Shown here in pieces: positions 25,404 to 39,500 of a stretch of 64,000 nt of DNA. A program made the translations under genes and the position numbers. Under the pieces are notes generated by a model. The model did not search any database, was not told where the DNA came from, and saw only the letters and a list, made by a program, of their open reading frames with translations. How positions within the stretch are numbered: the stretch's first letter is position 1; each line of letters opens with the position of its first letter. Source of the DNA: Eledone cirrhosa (lineage: Eukaryota); NCBI GenBank assembly GCA_964016885.1, contig CAXHJY010000739.1, positions 69,780 to 133,779 of the forward strand, in the 5' to 3' direction.

Positions 25404-26168
25404 TCTATATATATAAAACTGAGGATGTCTGTGTGTGTGTGTGTTTGAATCCCTAAAACTCGAGAACCACCCAACCAACTGTTTTCAAACTTTACACATG
25501 TAATACTTATGTTTCAGGGAGTGTTCTGAGCAAAAACAATTCCAAATTGTCAATGCCCTAGGGACCGCATTAGGCGATTTAGCGACCTCTCTCTATAATT
25601 CTTAGTCTTTCTCTTTTTAGATAGATACATACATATAACGTCGCGCCCTTATAATATCTGTCTGTATGTCTGCATTACATCACTTCCCTGAGGATGTCTG
25701 TCTGTCTGTGTGTGTGTGTGTGAATCCCTAAAACTCGAAAAGTACCCAACCAATTTTTTTCAAACTTTACATGTGTATTACTTAATGTTTCAGTGATATG
25801 CACATAAAAAAAAAAAAAAAAAAAATCAACATTTTGATATCCTTGGGCCCGCATTAGGTGAAAAACTGCATTTTAAAAGCTCTTTAGGGCTTTTTGGCGA
25901 TTTTTTTCTAGCCGATTTTCCCGAAATTACAAAGCATATTATGCACATAAAAAAATTCATCTTCTTGATCCCCTAGGGCCCGCATTAGGTGAAAACCTGC
26001 ATTTTTCCTTCTTCATCGAGGAAAATCTTAAAGATTATCCAGCCATCAGAGTATTCGGTTTATTTTCTTTACATATTGTCCAAGCATGCAGTTTTTCCAC
26101 GATTAGGTCTGTTGGCGACCCGCGTTCCAAAATACCTTATCCCGTGCAACGCCAGGTACCACTGCTAG
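25404..26168 (+). mobile_element. Non-autonomous Helitron
   Basis: A|TCTATATATATAAAA 5' end and a subterminal GC-rich imperfect hairpin (CCCGTGCAACGCCAGG) before a CTAG|T 3' end. No clear TSD. Internal (GT)n and an internal duplication (25419-25520 vs 25688-25795). Confidence 0.8.
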
Positions 26169-26223
26169 TACTCTATACAATCACCACCCAACACTATAAC
26201 ATATACCACAGCATACTCTATAC

Positions 26224-26508
26224 CAGAGGTTCTCAAACTTTCTGGGCCACTGCCCCCATCATGGCCATGTAATACCCTTAACACCCCCAATCCTATTTCC
26301 AGAGAGACCTGCCTACACGCAAATTGTAAATAATATATAATAGATAAAATTGTTAACATATATATAAATAATATAATATATACTATGTATAAATAAATAT
26401 TATATATTTTTTATTTTACTATATTTATAAATAATATGTATCATTTGATGTTTAATATACCATTATATCATTTCTACCTAGCACCAGCGCCCACTTTGAG
26501 AACCTCTG
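26224..26508. mobile_element. hAT-type MITE
   Basis: 14-bp perfect TIRs CAGAGGTTCTCAAA / TTTGAGAACCTCTG and an 8-bp TSD CTCTATAC / CTCTATAA (7 of 8 match). Confidence 0.88.
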
Positions 26509-26509
26509 C

Positions 26510-26890
26510 TCTATAACATATACTACAACATACCCTATATAACCACCACCTAACACATACCACAACATACTTTATATAACCACCACCTAACACTGTAACA
26601 CATACCACAACATACTTTATATAACCACCACCTAACACATACTACAACATACTTTATATAACCAGCACCTAACACTGTAACACATACAACATACTTTATA
26701 TAACCACCACCTAACACTGTAACACATACCACAACATACTTTATATAACCTCCACCTAACACTGTAACACACACCACAACATACTTTAAATAACCACCAC
26801 CTAACACTGTAACACATACCACAACATACTTTATATAACCACCACATAACACTGTAACACATACCACAACATACTTTATATAATGACTAC
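26510..26890. repeat. 45-bp minisatellite, about 8-9 copies with deletion variants
   Basis: Unit ACATACCACAACATACTTTATATAACCACCACCTAACACTGTAAC. A related unit is also at 26169-26223. Confidence 0.9.
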
Positions 26891-26984
26891 CCAATGAAAT
26901 AACATAACTCACATTACAGATGAAACAGAAATAACTCTTGAAAAAATAAAATAAAACATGTATACAAACACAATCAAATGTAAA

Positions 26985-27185
26985 GGCATGTGCCTTAATG
27001 CTTAAGGTGTTCAGCTCACAATCATAAAGTCACAAGTTCGATTCCTGGCAGGGTATTGTGTCCTTGAGCAAGTTACTTTATTTCATATTGCCCCAGTTCA
27101 CTCATCTGGCAAAAAAAAAAAAATGAATTACACCTGTAATTCAAAGGGCTAGCTTTGTTACTTACTGTGTCATGCTCAGCCACAT
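26985..27185 (+). mobile_element. CORE-type SINE, diverged
   Basis: AAGTTCGATTCC..TTGTGTCCTTGAGCAAGTTACTTTATTTCA. Confidence 0.7.
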
Positions 27186-27479
27186 GTACAGTAATTTCAT
27201 GAGTAGACTGTTCTGTTGTCTGAATCAACAGAGGCACAACACATTCTCAAAAGACAATGTTGGATACAGGTTAGGAAAATGGAGGTGCAGAAGGGGACAG
27301 TAGAAGCTTGCAAGAAACTTGTTGAAAACATAACACTAATAATAATTTCTAATGTAGTAAGTAAAAGCATTGTCCTGATACATGGCATGCCTTGGGTATT
27401 TTAAACTTTGCAGCGCTCACTCTTTCTAGCAAAGAATACAGCTGGTTTGTGTGTGTGTATTTGAGACAAAGAGAGAGTC

Positions 27480-28220
27480 AATTCCAGTAATGGACTGGTA
27501 CTTTATTTAGCGACCTAGATACAATGAAAGACAAAGCTGACCTCAGCAAGATTTAAACTCAGAGTGCAGTGAGTTAGAGCAAATATCTAGGCATTCTTAA
27601 TCCAACACCTTAACAGCTCTGCTAACTGTTCTGGGAGCAGGGACATACGTAATATCAAGCCATTGGATGGATGAAAAGCCAAGCCGGTTTGAACTCAGCA
27701 CAGAATACTGGAACAAATACCACTAGATATTCTATACAACATAACAATAGGTTTCCTAAATTTCACACATATGATCACAGTTTGGGGTGGGAAATGGGTG
27801 GAGTCAATTCAACCAACAACTCTCATTATACTAAAGGTATTTTTAAAAAAAATCAACTCAAGAAAAATGGATAGCAGAGTCTGAACACAAACCAGAAATA
27901 AAAAGGATGTGGCTAGAATACTGTAAGGAATTTTCTTTAAGTCTGTCTCAAATCCTGAGACTTATTAGGCCAGTGCTTATCCAGGTTTCCTTGGTATTGA
28001 GGGACTGAGAGTACAAGATTCACCCCTGGATATAACACCAGTCCATCGCAGGGTTAAAACCCCAGCTTCAGCTGATACTCATTTTCAGTTGAGTATACTG
28101 GAGCAATATGAAATGAAGTGTCTTGTTCAAGAACACAACACACAACCCAGTCCAGGAATTGAACCAACAACGTTATAATTGCAAGTCCAACATTCTAACT
28201 ACTAGGTCACGAACCTTCAA
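27480..28220 (-). mobile_element. Cluster of SINE copies (2316-type fragments, and a CORE/V-type copy at ~27970-28220)
   Basis: ACTGGTACTTTATTTAGCGACC; CCAGTCCATCGCAGGGTT and GAAATGAAGTGTCTTGTTCAAGAACACAAC are reverse complements of the 14622 SINE. Confidence 0.7.
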
Positions 28221-29249
28221 CCATTTTCTTTGAGGCTTTACCAATTTGATCACCCATCACTTTCACAACAACAGTTTCTAACTTAGATACAAGACCCACT
28301 AATTTGAGCATATAGGTGATTTATGTGTCCTCTCTATTTATATATTATGTAATTTGTGAAGAAGCTGACCACTGGTTTACAACATGTCTAATGGCAACAG
28401 TGGCTTAGGGAAAATCTGAAACTATAGTGGAATATACTATAAAGGTAATTTTTGTTTGACACGCTGCTTTATGACTAATTTATACACACTCTCTCCTACC
28501 ATGGTACCACCTTATTGCACAACATCCTAACACCATGTCCCCCCTCCCTTCATACTTATGCTTTCTTCTACCATGATACAAATCTTTTGTGCTACATCCT
28601 AATAACATGTCCCTTCCCTATTTATCCTCTCCCACCATGATACAACCCAATTACGTAACATCCTAACAACAACCAACATGTCCTCAACTCACCTCTGCCC
28701 CCCCCCCCGCGTTCATATTTTCTATTATCATACAGTATTGCACAACATTCTAACAACAACCAGCATGTCCCCCTCCACTCACTTTATTATTGAACTTCTT
28801 CTTACTCATATTCATAGTGACTCCTCAATTAACATCTTGGCCATCACTTCCCCTCAAAATTAGATTCTCAGGTAGCTTTGCTTTATAAGAACATAGACAT
28901 TGTCATACAGGAACAAAGCAACTCCTCTTATGTCGGTGCCACAATAAAATGCACCAAGTTCACTCTGTAAAGTGGCTGACGATTGAATAGACAACATAGG
29001 GCAGGACGCTCTAATCATGTTGAAGATTCGACAACCTTTCTAGTGTTGGTGTCATGATAAAATGCACCTAGTATCCAGCTGTACAAACCATGCTACAAGT
29101 AGTCAATCACTATAAGTTATAGTTGAGAATCTATCAGGTAAAGTATCCATGGAGATGGAAAAAAAGTGGGCAGAGATGAGGAAGCTATGAGGAACCAGAT
29201 GCTGGGCGAGTGCGTTAAACAATATGCTAAAAAGGTGCTGGTCACCAAT

Positions 29250-29760
29250 TCCATCTTCTCAACTATTATCTATAGTGATCCGCTATTATTATGTTCAAAT
29301 GCATTGGGATGTACACATTTTGAATTTTTCCCAATGCTTCTTAAGACAACTTCGTTTATACTTCCAGCTACAAACTTAAAATCTTCTGAAAATATGAAAT
29401 TAGTGGCTGGTGGCTGTTTAGTGTAATGGTTAATGCACTTGCCTGGTATGAGAGATGATGGGTTAGATTTCTCATAGACACGCCTGTTCATTTTTTTCAA
29501 TCTCCAGGGGTACTTTACCCAATTTTCTCAACTATTATTATAATCATTTGTATTGGGATGCGCACATTTAAAATGTTTCTCATTGCTTCTTTTTGAACCG
29601 TTTTGTTTTCACTTCTAGCTACAGGTTTAAAACCTGAAAGGATGAAATTGGTGGCCAGCAGCTGTTTAGTGTAGTGGTTAATGCACTTGCCTGACATCTG
29701 ATCAAATTTTCCTTATTATTTATAGTGATCAACTATTGGAATGCACACATTTCAAATTTG
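29250..29760 (+). repeat. Diverged ~270-bp tandem duplication containing a tRNA-like head
   Basis: GCTGTTTAGTGTA(A/G)TGGTTAATGCACTTGCCTG at ~29412 and ~29661, with homologous upstream sequence and a third partial unit. Confidence 0.65.
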
Positions 29761-30039
29761 AACAATAATATTTTGTTTAATCAGTAAGTTTAGATATCAT
29801 CAAGAATGCACTTTTTTAAAATTTGGAACAAGTGGTCTTCATTTCTTTCAATATTTCAGTATTCTCGGCCCATAGACATAAGACAAGAAGAATAAAAGAT
29901 TGCACCTGATTAATTCATTTTTTATTCATACAACATTTCTAGCAATTTTCCTCAAAATCAAACCAAATTTATGCATGTGTATATTGGACATCCCTCAGCT
30001 TTGGTGAGTGTTGCAGTTGTTTAAAATAATGAAAGTATG

Positions 30040-30270
30040 CTTGTGAAATTAGTATGCAAGTGGCTGAACATTCCACAGACATGTATACTCTTAACATAAG
30101 CTCTCAGGGAGATTCAGCATGACAGAGTGAGTGATAAGGATGGCTCTTTGAATTACAACTCATTTTTGCTAGGTGATTGAACAGGAGCAATGTGAAATAA
30201 AGTGTCTAGTTCAAGGACACAACACGATTGAGAGTTGAGCACCCTAACCACAAGGCCACATGCTTTCACA
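30040..30270 (-). mobile_element. CORE-type SINE, diverged
   Basis: GAGCAATGTGAAATAAAGTGTCTAGTTCAAGGACACAAC ... CTAACCAC.AGGCCAC. Confidence 0.7.
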
Positions 30271-32084
30271 ACAAAACAGAATAACAGTTTTATTTAAATG
30301 AACGCAAAATCTTTATTTTTAAGGGTAGATAAAAATGGAATTTGAGACATTTATATTTTCTCCAAGAACCAACAAAGTAGTTTCTAACAGTAGCCTGTTC
30401 TGCTCGAAATAGCAGTCAAATTCACCTCAAACCAAATCTTACTTAAAAAACATTGGATAATGCAATCCTGAACACACGGTCTGAGAATATGATAGGTTAC
30501 TCATTGTTGGAACATTCTGTTCCTAGATCTGCTTGATTAGAGCTGACCTGGGTCTAAACAATGAAATTAGGAATGTGGAATGGTTCAAGTAGGAGCTGAA
30601 CTGAATCAGAATTTTCCATAATTTTTTTATGTTTACTTTCCAAGCTAGTATAAGTTGAATGAATTGTTATTGTCCTCCTAGACAGGTCAGGGGACCATGT
30701 CATGTTCGTATGTTCCAATTTTGGCATGATTTCTATGCTTGAATAAGGTGCTAAATGTGTTTCAGCACACTGTCAGTTTTTTTAAAGTTAAAAAAAAGCA
30801 AGCATTAAAAAGTTTTAAAATAATGACAGGTGCATGTAATGTATTTTTCCTCAAAAGAAGTACACATCATGATAAGATTGAGGGTTGGGGGTTATCATCA
30901 AAACACTTAAGATATTTCCATTTAGATACCTCATGGGTGACACCCTACATCATGAGTACAGAACTCAGTTCCTGGAACTTTTTCCATGTACATCTCATTC
31001 TAAATACTGTCCCAGAGTTTGATCCACCTTCTCTATTCAATATGTCATCTAGGTAACAAAACACATTCACATCTCCCATCATCTACATCTGTAGCTCTCT
31101 CCATACACACTTTGTACTTAACTTTAGTTGTCACATTGAAAATAATCCCTGGTGTGAGTTCACAACAGCAATACACATGCAATGAAGCTGTGTATTAAAA
31201 ATATTCTTAAATACTAGACCTTTTTACAACTTTGTGCCATAGAACAGCAGTTAGAAACATCTGATGAAGAGGGACAAAATTATATAGCACAAGGCATTAT
31301 AATTTCTATCTCCTGCCCACACAATAACAAGGATTTCTAACTTTCACACAAGAGCACAAATGAATTAAATTGATCCAGTAAATAACTGGTAATTATTTGA
31401 TCACTTTTGGAAAGACAAAACGTAAAGTTGAACATGTCTGTCGCTCCATTGCTTTAATAATAATTTCAAAATTAGATATAAGGCCACACATTTTTGGTAG
31501 GGAGAGGAGTTAGTAGTTTAAATCACCCCTGGTGCTTAACTGACACTATAATAAAAATAATAATCACTCATTTTTTTTTTTTACATATGGTGTGCGCGTG
31601 TGTGATTTCAATTGAGTTCCAGTACATGACTGATACTTAATTCATTGACTCTGCAAGACAGTAGTGATGTATTCCTAGCTGATATGACATTAAAGTACAG
31701 TTTACCTGGCTGTGTGTAATGTAGTCTACTTAACAGTAAGTACTACAGTGTTCTTAGCTGTATTTTCATCAGTCAACGTTTTTGTAACAAAATATTTTTT
31801 TTACAGAGTGAAGTTGTGCACCCACCACCCTGACACCTGTCCAGCTTTGTGCCAGGGTTAATACTCTTGCTGGTATAGCTTTCATGAGTTACAGACACAC
31901 ACACATGCCCTCTCCATCATGGAAAAGTATCACCAAGAACTGGCTACAATGGTGTAGTCCTTGAAATAAAACGTTTTAGATAGCTAGGGTATATATTAGG
32001 AATAGACAAAAACACTAGTAAGTTAAAGGCTCTTAAATCCTAATGGAGGTGTATGGGTGTCGTCCTGACACATGGCAGTATTGA

Positions 32085-32975
32085 ACTGGTACTTTATTTA
32101 TCGATCTAAAAAAATGAAAGGCAAAGATGACCTCAGTGGAATTTGAAGTCAGAGTGAGTTTGAAACAGATACCAAAGCATTTTTAATCCAGCACCAAGGG
32201 GTGGAGGTGCAGGACGAACCAAACTCATCGCCATGTAGTTATCACTGGAAAAGTATTTGTTATAATGCTTTGTTAACAAGGCTCAGTGCATGGAAAAATA
32301 TGTTGATGAACGATAATAATTTACACACATATATGCTATTCATTGCATATTTACTGACCATCAGACAGGAAGTGGCATAAAAATAAAGAATAGATCAAGA
32401 CAGGATACTAAAGGTAACGTAAGACAGACACCGCCTGCAAAATGAAAGCCTGGACAGTCAAAATACACCTGGTGTAAAACAGTTGAAGGCGAATTGAGAG
32501 AACTGCAAGGTTACAGGCGGCAAGACATAGAGAGTTGCTAAAGACTAGTCTGGATGGTGTTGAATCAGCAAAGATTCTCAATCAGAAAGAAGAGAATTAT
32601 TAAGTTCAACCCATCCAAGCACGGAGAGGCAAACGTAAAATGGTGATGGTAAATAATTTCTAATTTAGACACAAAACCATCAATTTGTGGGAAGCGGAAA
32701 ATTGACTATATCGACTCAGGTCGTTTACTGGCCCTTTGTTTTATCGACTCCGAAAAGACGAAAGTTGGCTTCGGCCGGATTTGAACTCAGAATGTAAAGA
32801 GCCGCAACTAAATACTGCATAGCATTTTGTCCATCGCTCTAACAGTTTTGCCATAAATTAATGATTGTTTCTACCTTAAGTACAAGGCAAGCAATTATCC
32901 CAGTGCATTACTGGTGCTTTATTTTATCGACCAAGTATGGATGAAAGGGAAAGCTAACATCTGAGGGAGTTGAAC
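32085..32975 (-). mobile_element. Three copies or fragments of the 2316-type SINE (32085-32190, 32655-32850, 32865-32975)
   Basis: Repeated ACTGGT.CTTTATTTTATCGAC..GAAAG..AAAG..GATTTGAAC motifs. Confidence 0.75.
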
Positions 32976-33256
32976 CGCGGTTCACGAGCAAATCGGTTCA
33001 TGAACAATTTTTCCGAACATAAAACGTCTCGAGTAATGAACTCGCAAACCAGCAACAACAGTTAGCGACAAGCTGGGAGTATCGACGGGAAAGCATCACT
33101 TGCTGTGTATTTAGTTACTATGGTGATATCTATCTGTCTTTCACAGACAGTCTCTCTCTCATTGTATTTCTCTTTCAACATTTCGTATAGGGAAAATAGT
33201 TTCGGCTTACGAATATTTCGGTCGATGAACGGCCTTCAGGAACAAATTAAGTTCCA
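32970..33256. mobile_element. Possible decayed pogo/Tigger-like MITE
   Basis: Repeated CGGTTCA(C/T)GA motifs at the left end and TTCGGCTTACGAA..GGAACAAATTAAGTTC at the right, in a CpG-rich patch. Confidence 0.4.
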
Positions 33257-36200
33257 ATGTAATTAACTGTAAAAAAGTACCATAGTGAGACAGTCCAAAG
33301 TATTACTGGTATGTTAATCTCGGTATATTACTGGTTGGAGCTATTCTCGGTGTATTACAAGTTTTTATCTTCAAAACTTGAGATATTGAACTTTAATTCT
33401 GACGCCACACAGTTATTTCTGGATTTGTGTTGGCCATGGGCAATGCCCAGTTTTCGGAAACTAATAAATAAAATAAAACTGCTAGAGCATGTCTAAATAC
33501 AATGCTAGTGCAGTATTATAAGATAGTAAACACTGGCTTAAGTCAGTGTCAATAAAAAGCATCAAATAGTAAACATACTTCTAAATATATTTTTTAAAAT
33601 GATAAAAATGACAGCTCTGCAAGATGTATCTTTTAAAAATACATTACAAGTGATAGAGAACCAAGAGAAAGAAAAAGAAAAAAAAGCACCAATTAAAATA
33701 AAAAGTCCACCGCCGAAAACAGGGAAGTGCCTTGTTCATCCACCCACAAGGGCACCCATAGGTAGCAGCTGCAGCACAGTTCATATCTGGCACGAATGCC
33801 ATTTAAGAAGGAAAGGAAAAAAAAGGAGGGGAGGATTGAACGAAGTGATTGGTGTTAAAAGTTTATTTTTTTGCTTGAACCTAGCATTACTGCACAAAAT
33901 AGGACGAACTCAGTTTTCGTGCCTGTCTCCGGTACTACTGCTGCTTTAAATATGTAACAGAGGAACTTAATGCATGATATAAAGGGTTGGTGTGGTGGAG
34001 GTGAATTTGTGGGTGGGAAATCATGCTGGATCTCACACTCACATTTATATAAATATGAATGTGTTGGAATTATATATATAGACAGGTGATAGTGAGTTAT
34101 TAGATGTATGTCTGTGTGTGTGTGTGTATATATATATATACACACACACACATCTAATAACTTATCACCACCTGTCTATGTAGTTCCAACTGTATATTTA
34201 ACACCCTAGATGACATTTTCTCTCATTCTTTCGCCACACACATACATCGACATATATGTGTGTGCATACACATCTCTCCATATCTAATTCACTATCTCTT
34301 TTTACATCTATTCGTCTACTTAGCACTCATACATACGGAACTTTGTATATGTTATGTATGAAAAAAACAAACAAAAAAGAAAAACAGCAATAATGTATAT
34401 GAAAGAAAGGCACCAGTAAATGTGCACTGACGTCAAATAAGATTAGACAACAGCTCAAGAGTTGAAATCTGAAGCTTTTACGACATGTGTATGTGCTGAA
34501 AGAATTCTTTTCACGAAATTGCCTGCTAAACTTGCCAGAAGAGAATAATTTAAAATACTTTAGGCACCATCTTGCTAACGTCTTGAAGTGTGTAAGAGAG
34601 GGGAAAAAAGAAGTTCTTTGGTTTCTTATAACTTAATTAAGGTGATTTAATTATAACTACAACGCACACTTTTGGAGTAATACTCTATATACTAACACCT
34701 TTAGATAAACTAAACTATACACGTACACACACATATATACATGTATGTATTGTATATTATTCAATATACAATACATACATATATGTGTTGCTACTCTGAG
34801 CTATTTACACACACATACACTACGGAAGAAAAAGATTCAGTAAGACTAGCAGACTGAGAAAAGTTCAGTGTCCTGGGCTAATATGTAATAGACATTGTAA
34901 ACAGCAGTACAGTCGACCGACCAGGAAGGAGAGACAGACACAGATTACAGGAGAAGAAATAGATTAAAAAAATTTTTTTTAAAGTCTAGTTAAATGGCTA
35001 GGGCAGTGTTGAGAGAAAACGAAGCAGTAAAAGCACTGGTTTTGAGGTCGATAACATTTTTCTCAACTGTCACTCAGTATTTTGTTGATCTATATTTTAC
35101 TGAAACTATTTTTTTCTCTCTTCTCCGCTCACTCTATCTGCGATTCTTATCGATAATTCCACCAAAGACAGTCAGCTCACGCCTCTCTTTCTAACAGTTC
35201 ACACACACACACACACTCTCTCTCTATATATATAATTATAACACATTTTACTTCCATTATACACGAAAACATTTTTTTTTTCAGAAAATGCACCAACGAA
35301 GAATGATAAAGTCATTCTCACCTATTAGGTAGCTTACACTTACCTATATGTAGGTGCGTGTGTGTATATATATATATAATGTATAGTGCCAAGACACCTG
35401 TACATATATATCCTGCGTATATGTAGGCATACGTCTCTATATAATGCGCCTGTATGATTATATATATATATATATATTTAATTAGAAAGTGAACAACACA
35501 AAATTAAATAGCTCTGTTCTATACATACAGTACTCTTTTTTTCCTTTGCTTTTCCTTCGGAATTACCTAACATGTATATATATACTGTAAGATCACACCT
35601 GTTTATATATTTATGCCTACAATCGTATACACATAAGGCATATTACACACACACATATATATATATTTGTTTGTAAGTCTATACATAGATTTGTAAACGG
35701 TACAGTGTATGTTTATCATGATTTTGTAATATCACGTCTTGATATAAATACATATGTAAAACCATACACAACACTCGCACATATACACTCACATATATAT
35801 ATATATATTACACACAACAAAAAAAACAAATCTATATAAATTACATAAAACCAACGTCTCGAGAGATTATATATATATATATACAGCCACGGCAACGGAG
35901 CAACTATCGTAGCACAAGAACAACAACAACAAAAATACTAAAAAAGTACACCATTTCCTTTTTACCACGGCTTCTCCCTCCTTCCCCCAACATCATCAAA
36001 ACAGTCACACCAATTCAGTATATTCGTTTTTTAAACGAATTTTTCAAATCTCGGTCGATCAAGCAATGAATTATCAGATTTTACTGAAATCACACATTTT
36101 TAGCCCCTCATTACCGAAAATTCTTTTTTCTTTTAAAAAATACTGCATTTTCTCTTGATCTCCCCATCGCCAACATACATTATTCCATATATATTTTAAA

Positions 36201-36963
36201 AGAGATGTAGTTTTTTGAGAAATCGATGCGAATATTTTTTGTGGATGGTGCGAGTTGTCGTTAAATAGTTGCAGTGCAAACGTGGTCAAAAAAATATATA
36301 TAAGAAGGAAATAAATAAGAAATATATAAAAGATCCATAGCCATTAATAGATATATTTTTTGCTATTTCTTCGATGACCAAAGTTAAGAGCGCTAAAGCT
36401 TCATTTTTACACGTTTAGATTATAAAGATAGAGAGAGCAGAACAGAAATGTGACGATGGATGTAAATAAACAGCGAGCAGAAATTATTAAATAAAGATAC
36501 ATGACTTTATAGTGTATATAAAGGAAGATACAGAAGAGAGAGAGAGAAGGAGAGATGTAGAAAGAGAGGGATACATGAGGTAGAAGAGATTAGGCATTAA
36601 TTGAAAGTGCGCGTATCGATGTATGTGTGAACGTGTGCAATTACGTGTGTGTGTGTGCGCTAATAGTACTTACATCCATAAATATATATATAGAGAGAGA
36701 TAGACTGTATATAAACAGAGTGACATATACATGAGATAAATACATAGATGTATACGCATGCACATTTATATAAATGTATACAGAGAGAGATAGAGGTAGA
36801 TACAGTGAATATATATATACGTGTGTGTGTGGATGTGTACGTGCGTATAAATATCTCAAAAGTGGTATGTCCAATTGTGAAAGAGCGAAATATATTCCAT
36901 CTATCTCTCCCTCTCGCTCTATCTTGCTTCCCTCCAGTCGGTTATTGTCTTTGTAACACTTAC

Positions 36964-37135
36964 CTTTGAGTGTAAGAAGGAGAGACAGAAACATAAGAAA
37001 TCGGTGAGTCTGTCTGCGAGAAGGTTGCCTGTCTTGTTTGGACATCGGGCCAAGGGGAGGTAATCTGGGGCCGAGAGAACTATGGATGGTAGCCGATGGT
37101 GTCGGCGAGAAGTAGAGGAGGAGGAAGTGCTATTA
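36964..37135 (-). other. Candidate non-coding 5'UTR exon of the zinc-finger gene (upstream boundary uncertain)
   Basis: Consensus donor AAG|GTAAGT on the minus strand at 36964/36963, beside a GC/CpG-richer unique segment. Confidence 0.45.
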
Positions 37136-38388
37136 GAGACAGAAAGAGAAGTGTGAAAAAAAGGGAGGAAGTAGAAAAATAATAGAGGAAAGAGAGGGAG
37201 GAAAGTATGGCAGATTATATCTTAACATATGCTAACACACACATATATATAATAGACAGAGAGAGTTAGAGAGAGAAAGATAAAGGTGCAAAAAGAATGA
37301 CACATACACAGTGAAAAGTACATGAACTAAATGTGATAAAGAGAGACTTTCTAAGACAAAAAGAATAAAGGGAAAGGCACAAGAAGCGGAAGAAAGAAAG
37401 ACAGATAGAAATAGTGAGGAGGTGTGGAAAAAGATAGATACAAGGCGGCAAAGGCAGAGAGAGAAGGAGGAAGGGTAAAGTGAATTAAAAGAGGAGAAGT
37501 AGTAATCGAGTAGGGGGAAGGTGACGAGAACTAAAAGAAGAGAACAGTAATCGAGAAGGAGAAATGGTGATGAGAATTAAAGAAAGAGAAGGAAAAATCG
37601 AAACGGGAGTGAAATCATCACAACCACCACCATCATTAACCAACAACGAACAAACACACTAAAGAAGACAAAGAAAGAATACAGCGACGTCACACACACA
37701 CACACATATATAGACATTACACAGCCGTAATGGATGCTGCTTCACAGCAAACATAGAATCGAGGTTTGTTCTTTTTATTCACTTATATATCTCACACCAT
37801 GGGACTTTCATGGCGTTCCAAATAAGGGGAGGAAGAAGACGGATGGAGGAAAGAAAAGAATTTTGGTTTCAACATATTGAATATGATTAGACCGAGTATT
37901 GTATATAAATACATACACACACACACACATATATATATATATGTATGTATATATATATATATAAATGAAGCTACACACACACACACACATATATATGTGT
38001 GTGTGTACGTGCGTGTATTTATATATATATATTATTTGTATCATGTGTGTCCTATTGGAAGCACCCCTCCCCTTTTACGATTTTATTTTTTGTAACTTAA
38101 TAATTGCACTGGTAATTATGGCCATTGGTAAAGGGAGATAATTAGTAAAGTAGACACTGGTTGTCTCTTGTGCTTGGTTTGTATAAGCATGACACTTCTT
38201 TTTATAACCAATACTGATTTTTAAAAATTGTTTCGTACTCCTATTTAATCTTAAATATTTGTTATATAATTGCCAATTATTAGTTGTAAAAATAACATTA
38301 CGTTACAGTATAAAATGTATTACATTATCGAAAATGTTCGAGCAATACTGATTGTGTGTAAATTCATCTGTAATTGTATGTTTGTGTG

Positions 38389-38420
<32 letters not shown>

Positions 38421-38945
38421 CTGACCCCCCCCCCCCCCCCCTCCCCCAAATGGATACACACTTCAACAGCATTCTAATAAATATTGCCTGTACAGGTAAT
38501 CAAAGTCTGTATACATTTTTTTTTAGGACACCCTGTATACATAAAGTGAATGTAAAATGCACGCGTGCACATTTATACATATATTTATTAGTCAACTTTA
38601 ACAATAATACACACACGCATATATAGTGGTAAAATTGGCAGATTTTGTTATGACTTTTTAATAAAATAAACTGAGAATGTTGAAGTATAAATTCATCTAT
38701 ATATATATATGAGATAGATAGGTGCAAATGTGAGTTTATGAATATATATATATATGTTCAGTTTAACTAAGATGTGTAAGCAACCACTGCTGTTATAAGA
38801 ACTGGTTATGTGTTCATCTAGATGAATGTGTGTGTTTATGGGAGTGTGTATATATATATATTATACATACACGTATTGATGGTTGAGGAATTTACTGTGG
38901 GTGTGAAACGCTACGTTAGCACTATTTCACACTAGTGTTACACAT

Positions 38946-38986
<41 letters not shown>

Positions 38987-39378
38987 AATGTTTACACCGA
39001 TTACCATCTTATATTCGCAAGAAACTGTTGCAGAACCCAGAGCTGATCAACTCAACTGTCCTGTCCTATCCAACACATGTATGTGTGTGTGTGTGCGTGT
39101 TTACAGAGCCTTTGAAATATTTTGCAAGGCAGAACAAGATTGGTTATCTGAGGCGGGAGTGTGGTGATCTCTGTAAATTCAAGGAAATTGTGATTCCTTT
39201 TTAGGCTGGTTGTGAGGTATTCACGCGCCTCTTCCTTGATTCTCCGACCCTGGACAGATGTACTTGCTGAACTCCACTTTTATAGGCCCAAAATATACAC
39301 TTCAACACGAAGTGTCACAAGCTCTTTATTTTCGCGCCGTGCCATTACACGAGTTTCTCCAAATCGCAGAACCCATAC

Positions 39379-39500
39379 CTTTATTTTACCTACTATCGCC
39401 ACCACCCTGATTTTAATAAGTCATTAAATTAAACAAAAATTGGGTATTATCACACCCTTTCTCAGACAGGTGTTATGGCGTTCTCTGGCGGAGGAGCCAC
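39379..39500 (-). promoter_or_regulatory. Candidate first exon/promoter of the zinc-finger gene
   Basis: Donor-like AAG|GTATGG at 39379/39378. CpG-enriched unique DNA with a YY1-like ATGGCG at ~39475. Confidence 0.35.

Noticed and set aside
26550-26912. ORFs with repeated YIKYVVVCVTVLGGG
   Set aside because: Translation of the 45-bp minisatellite.
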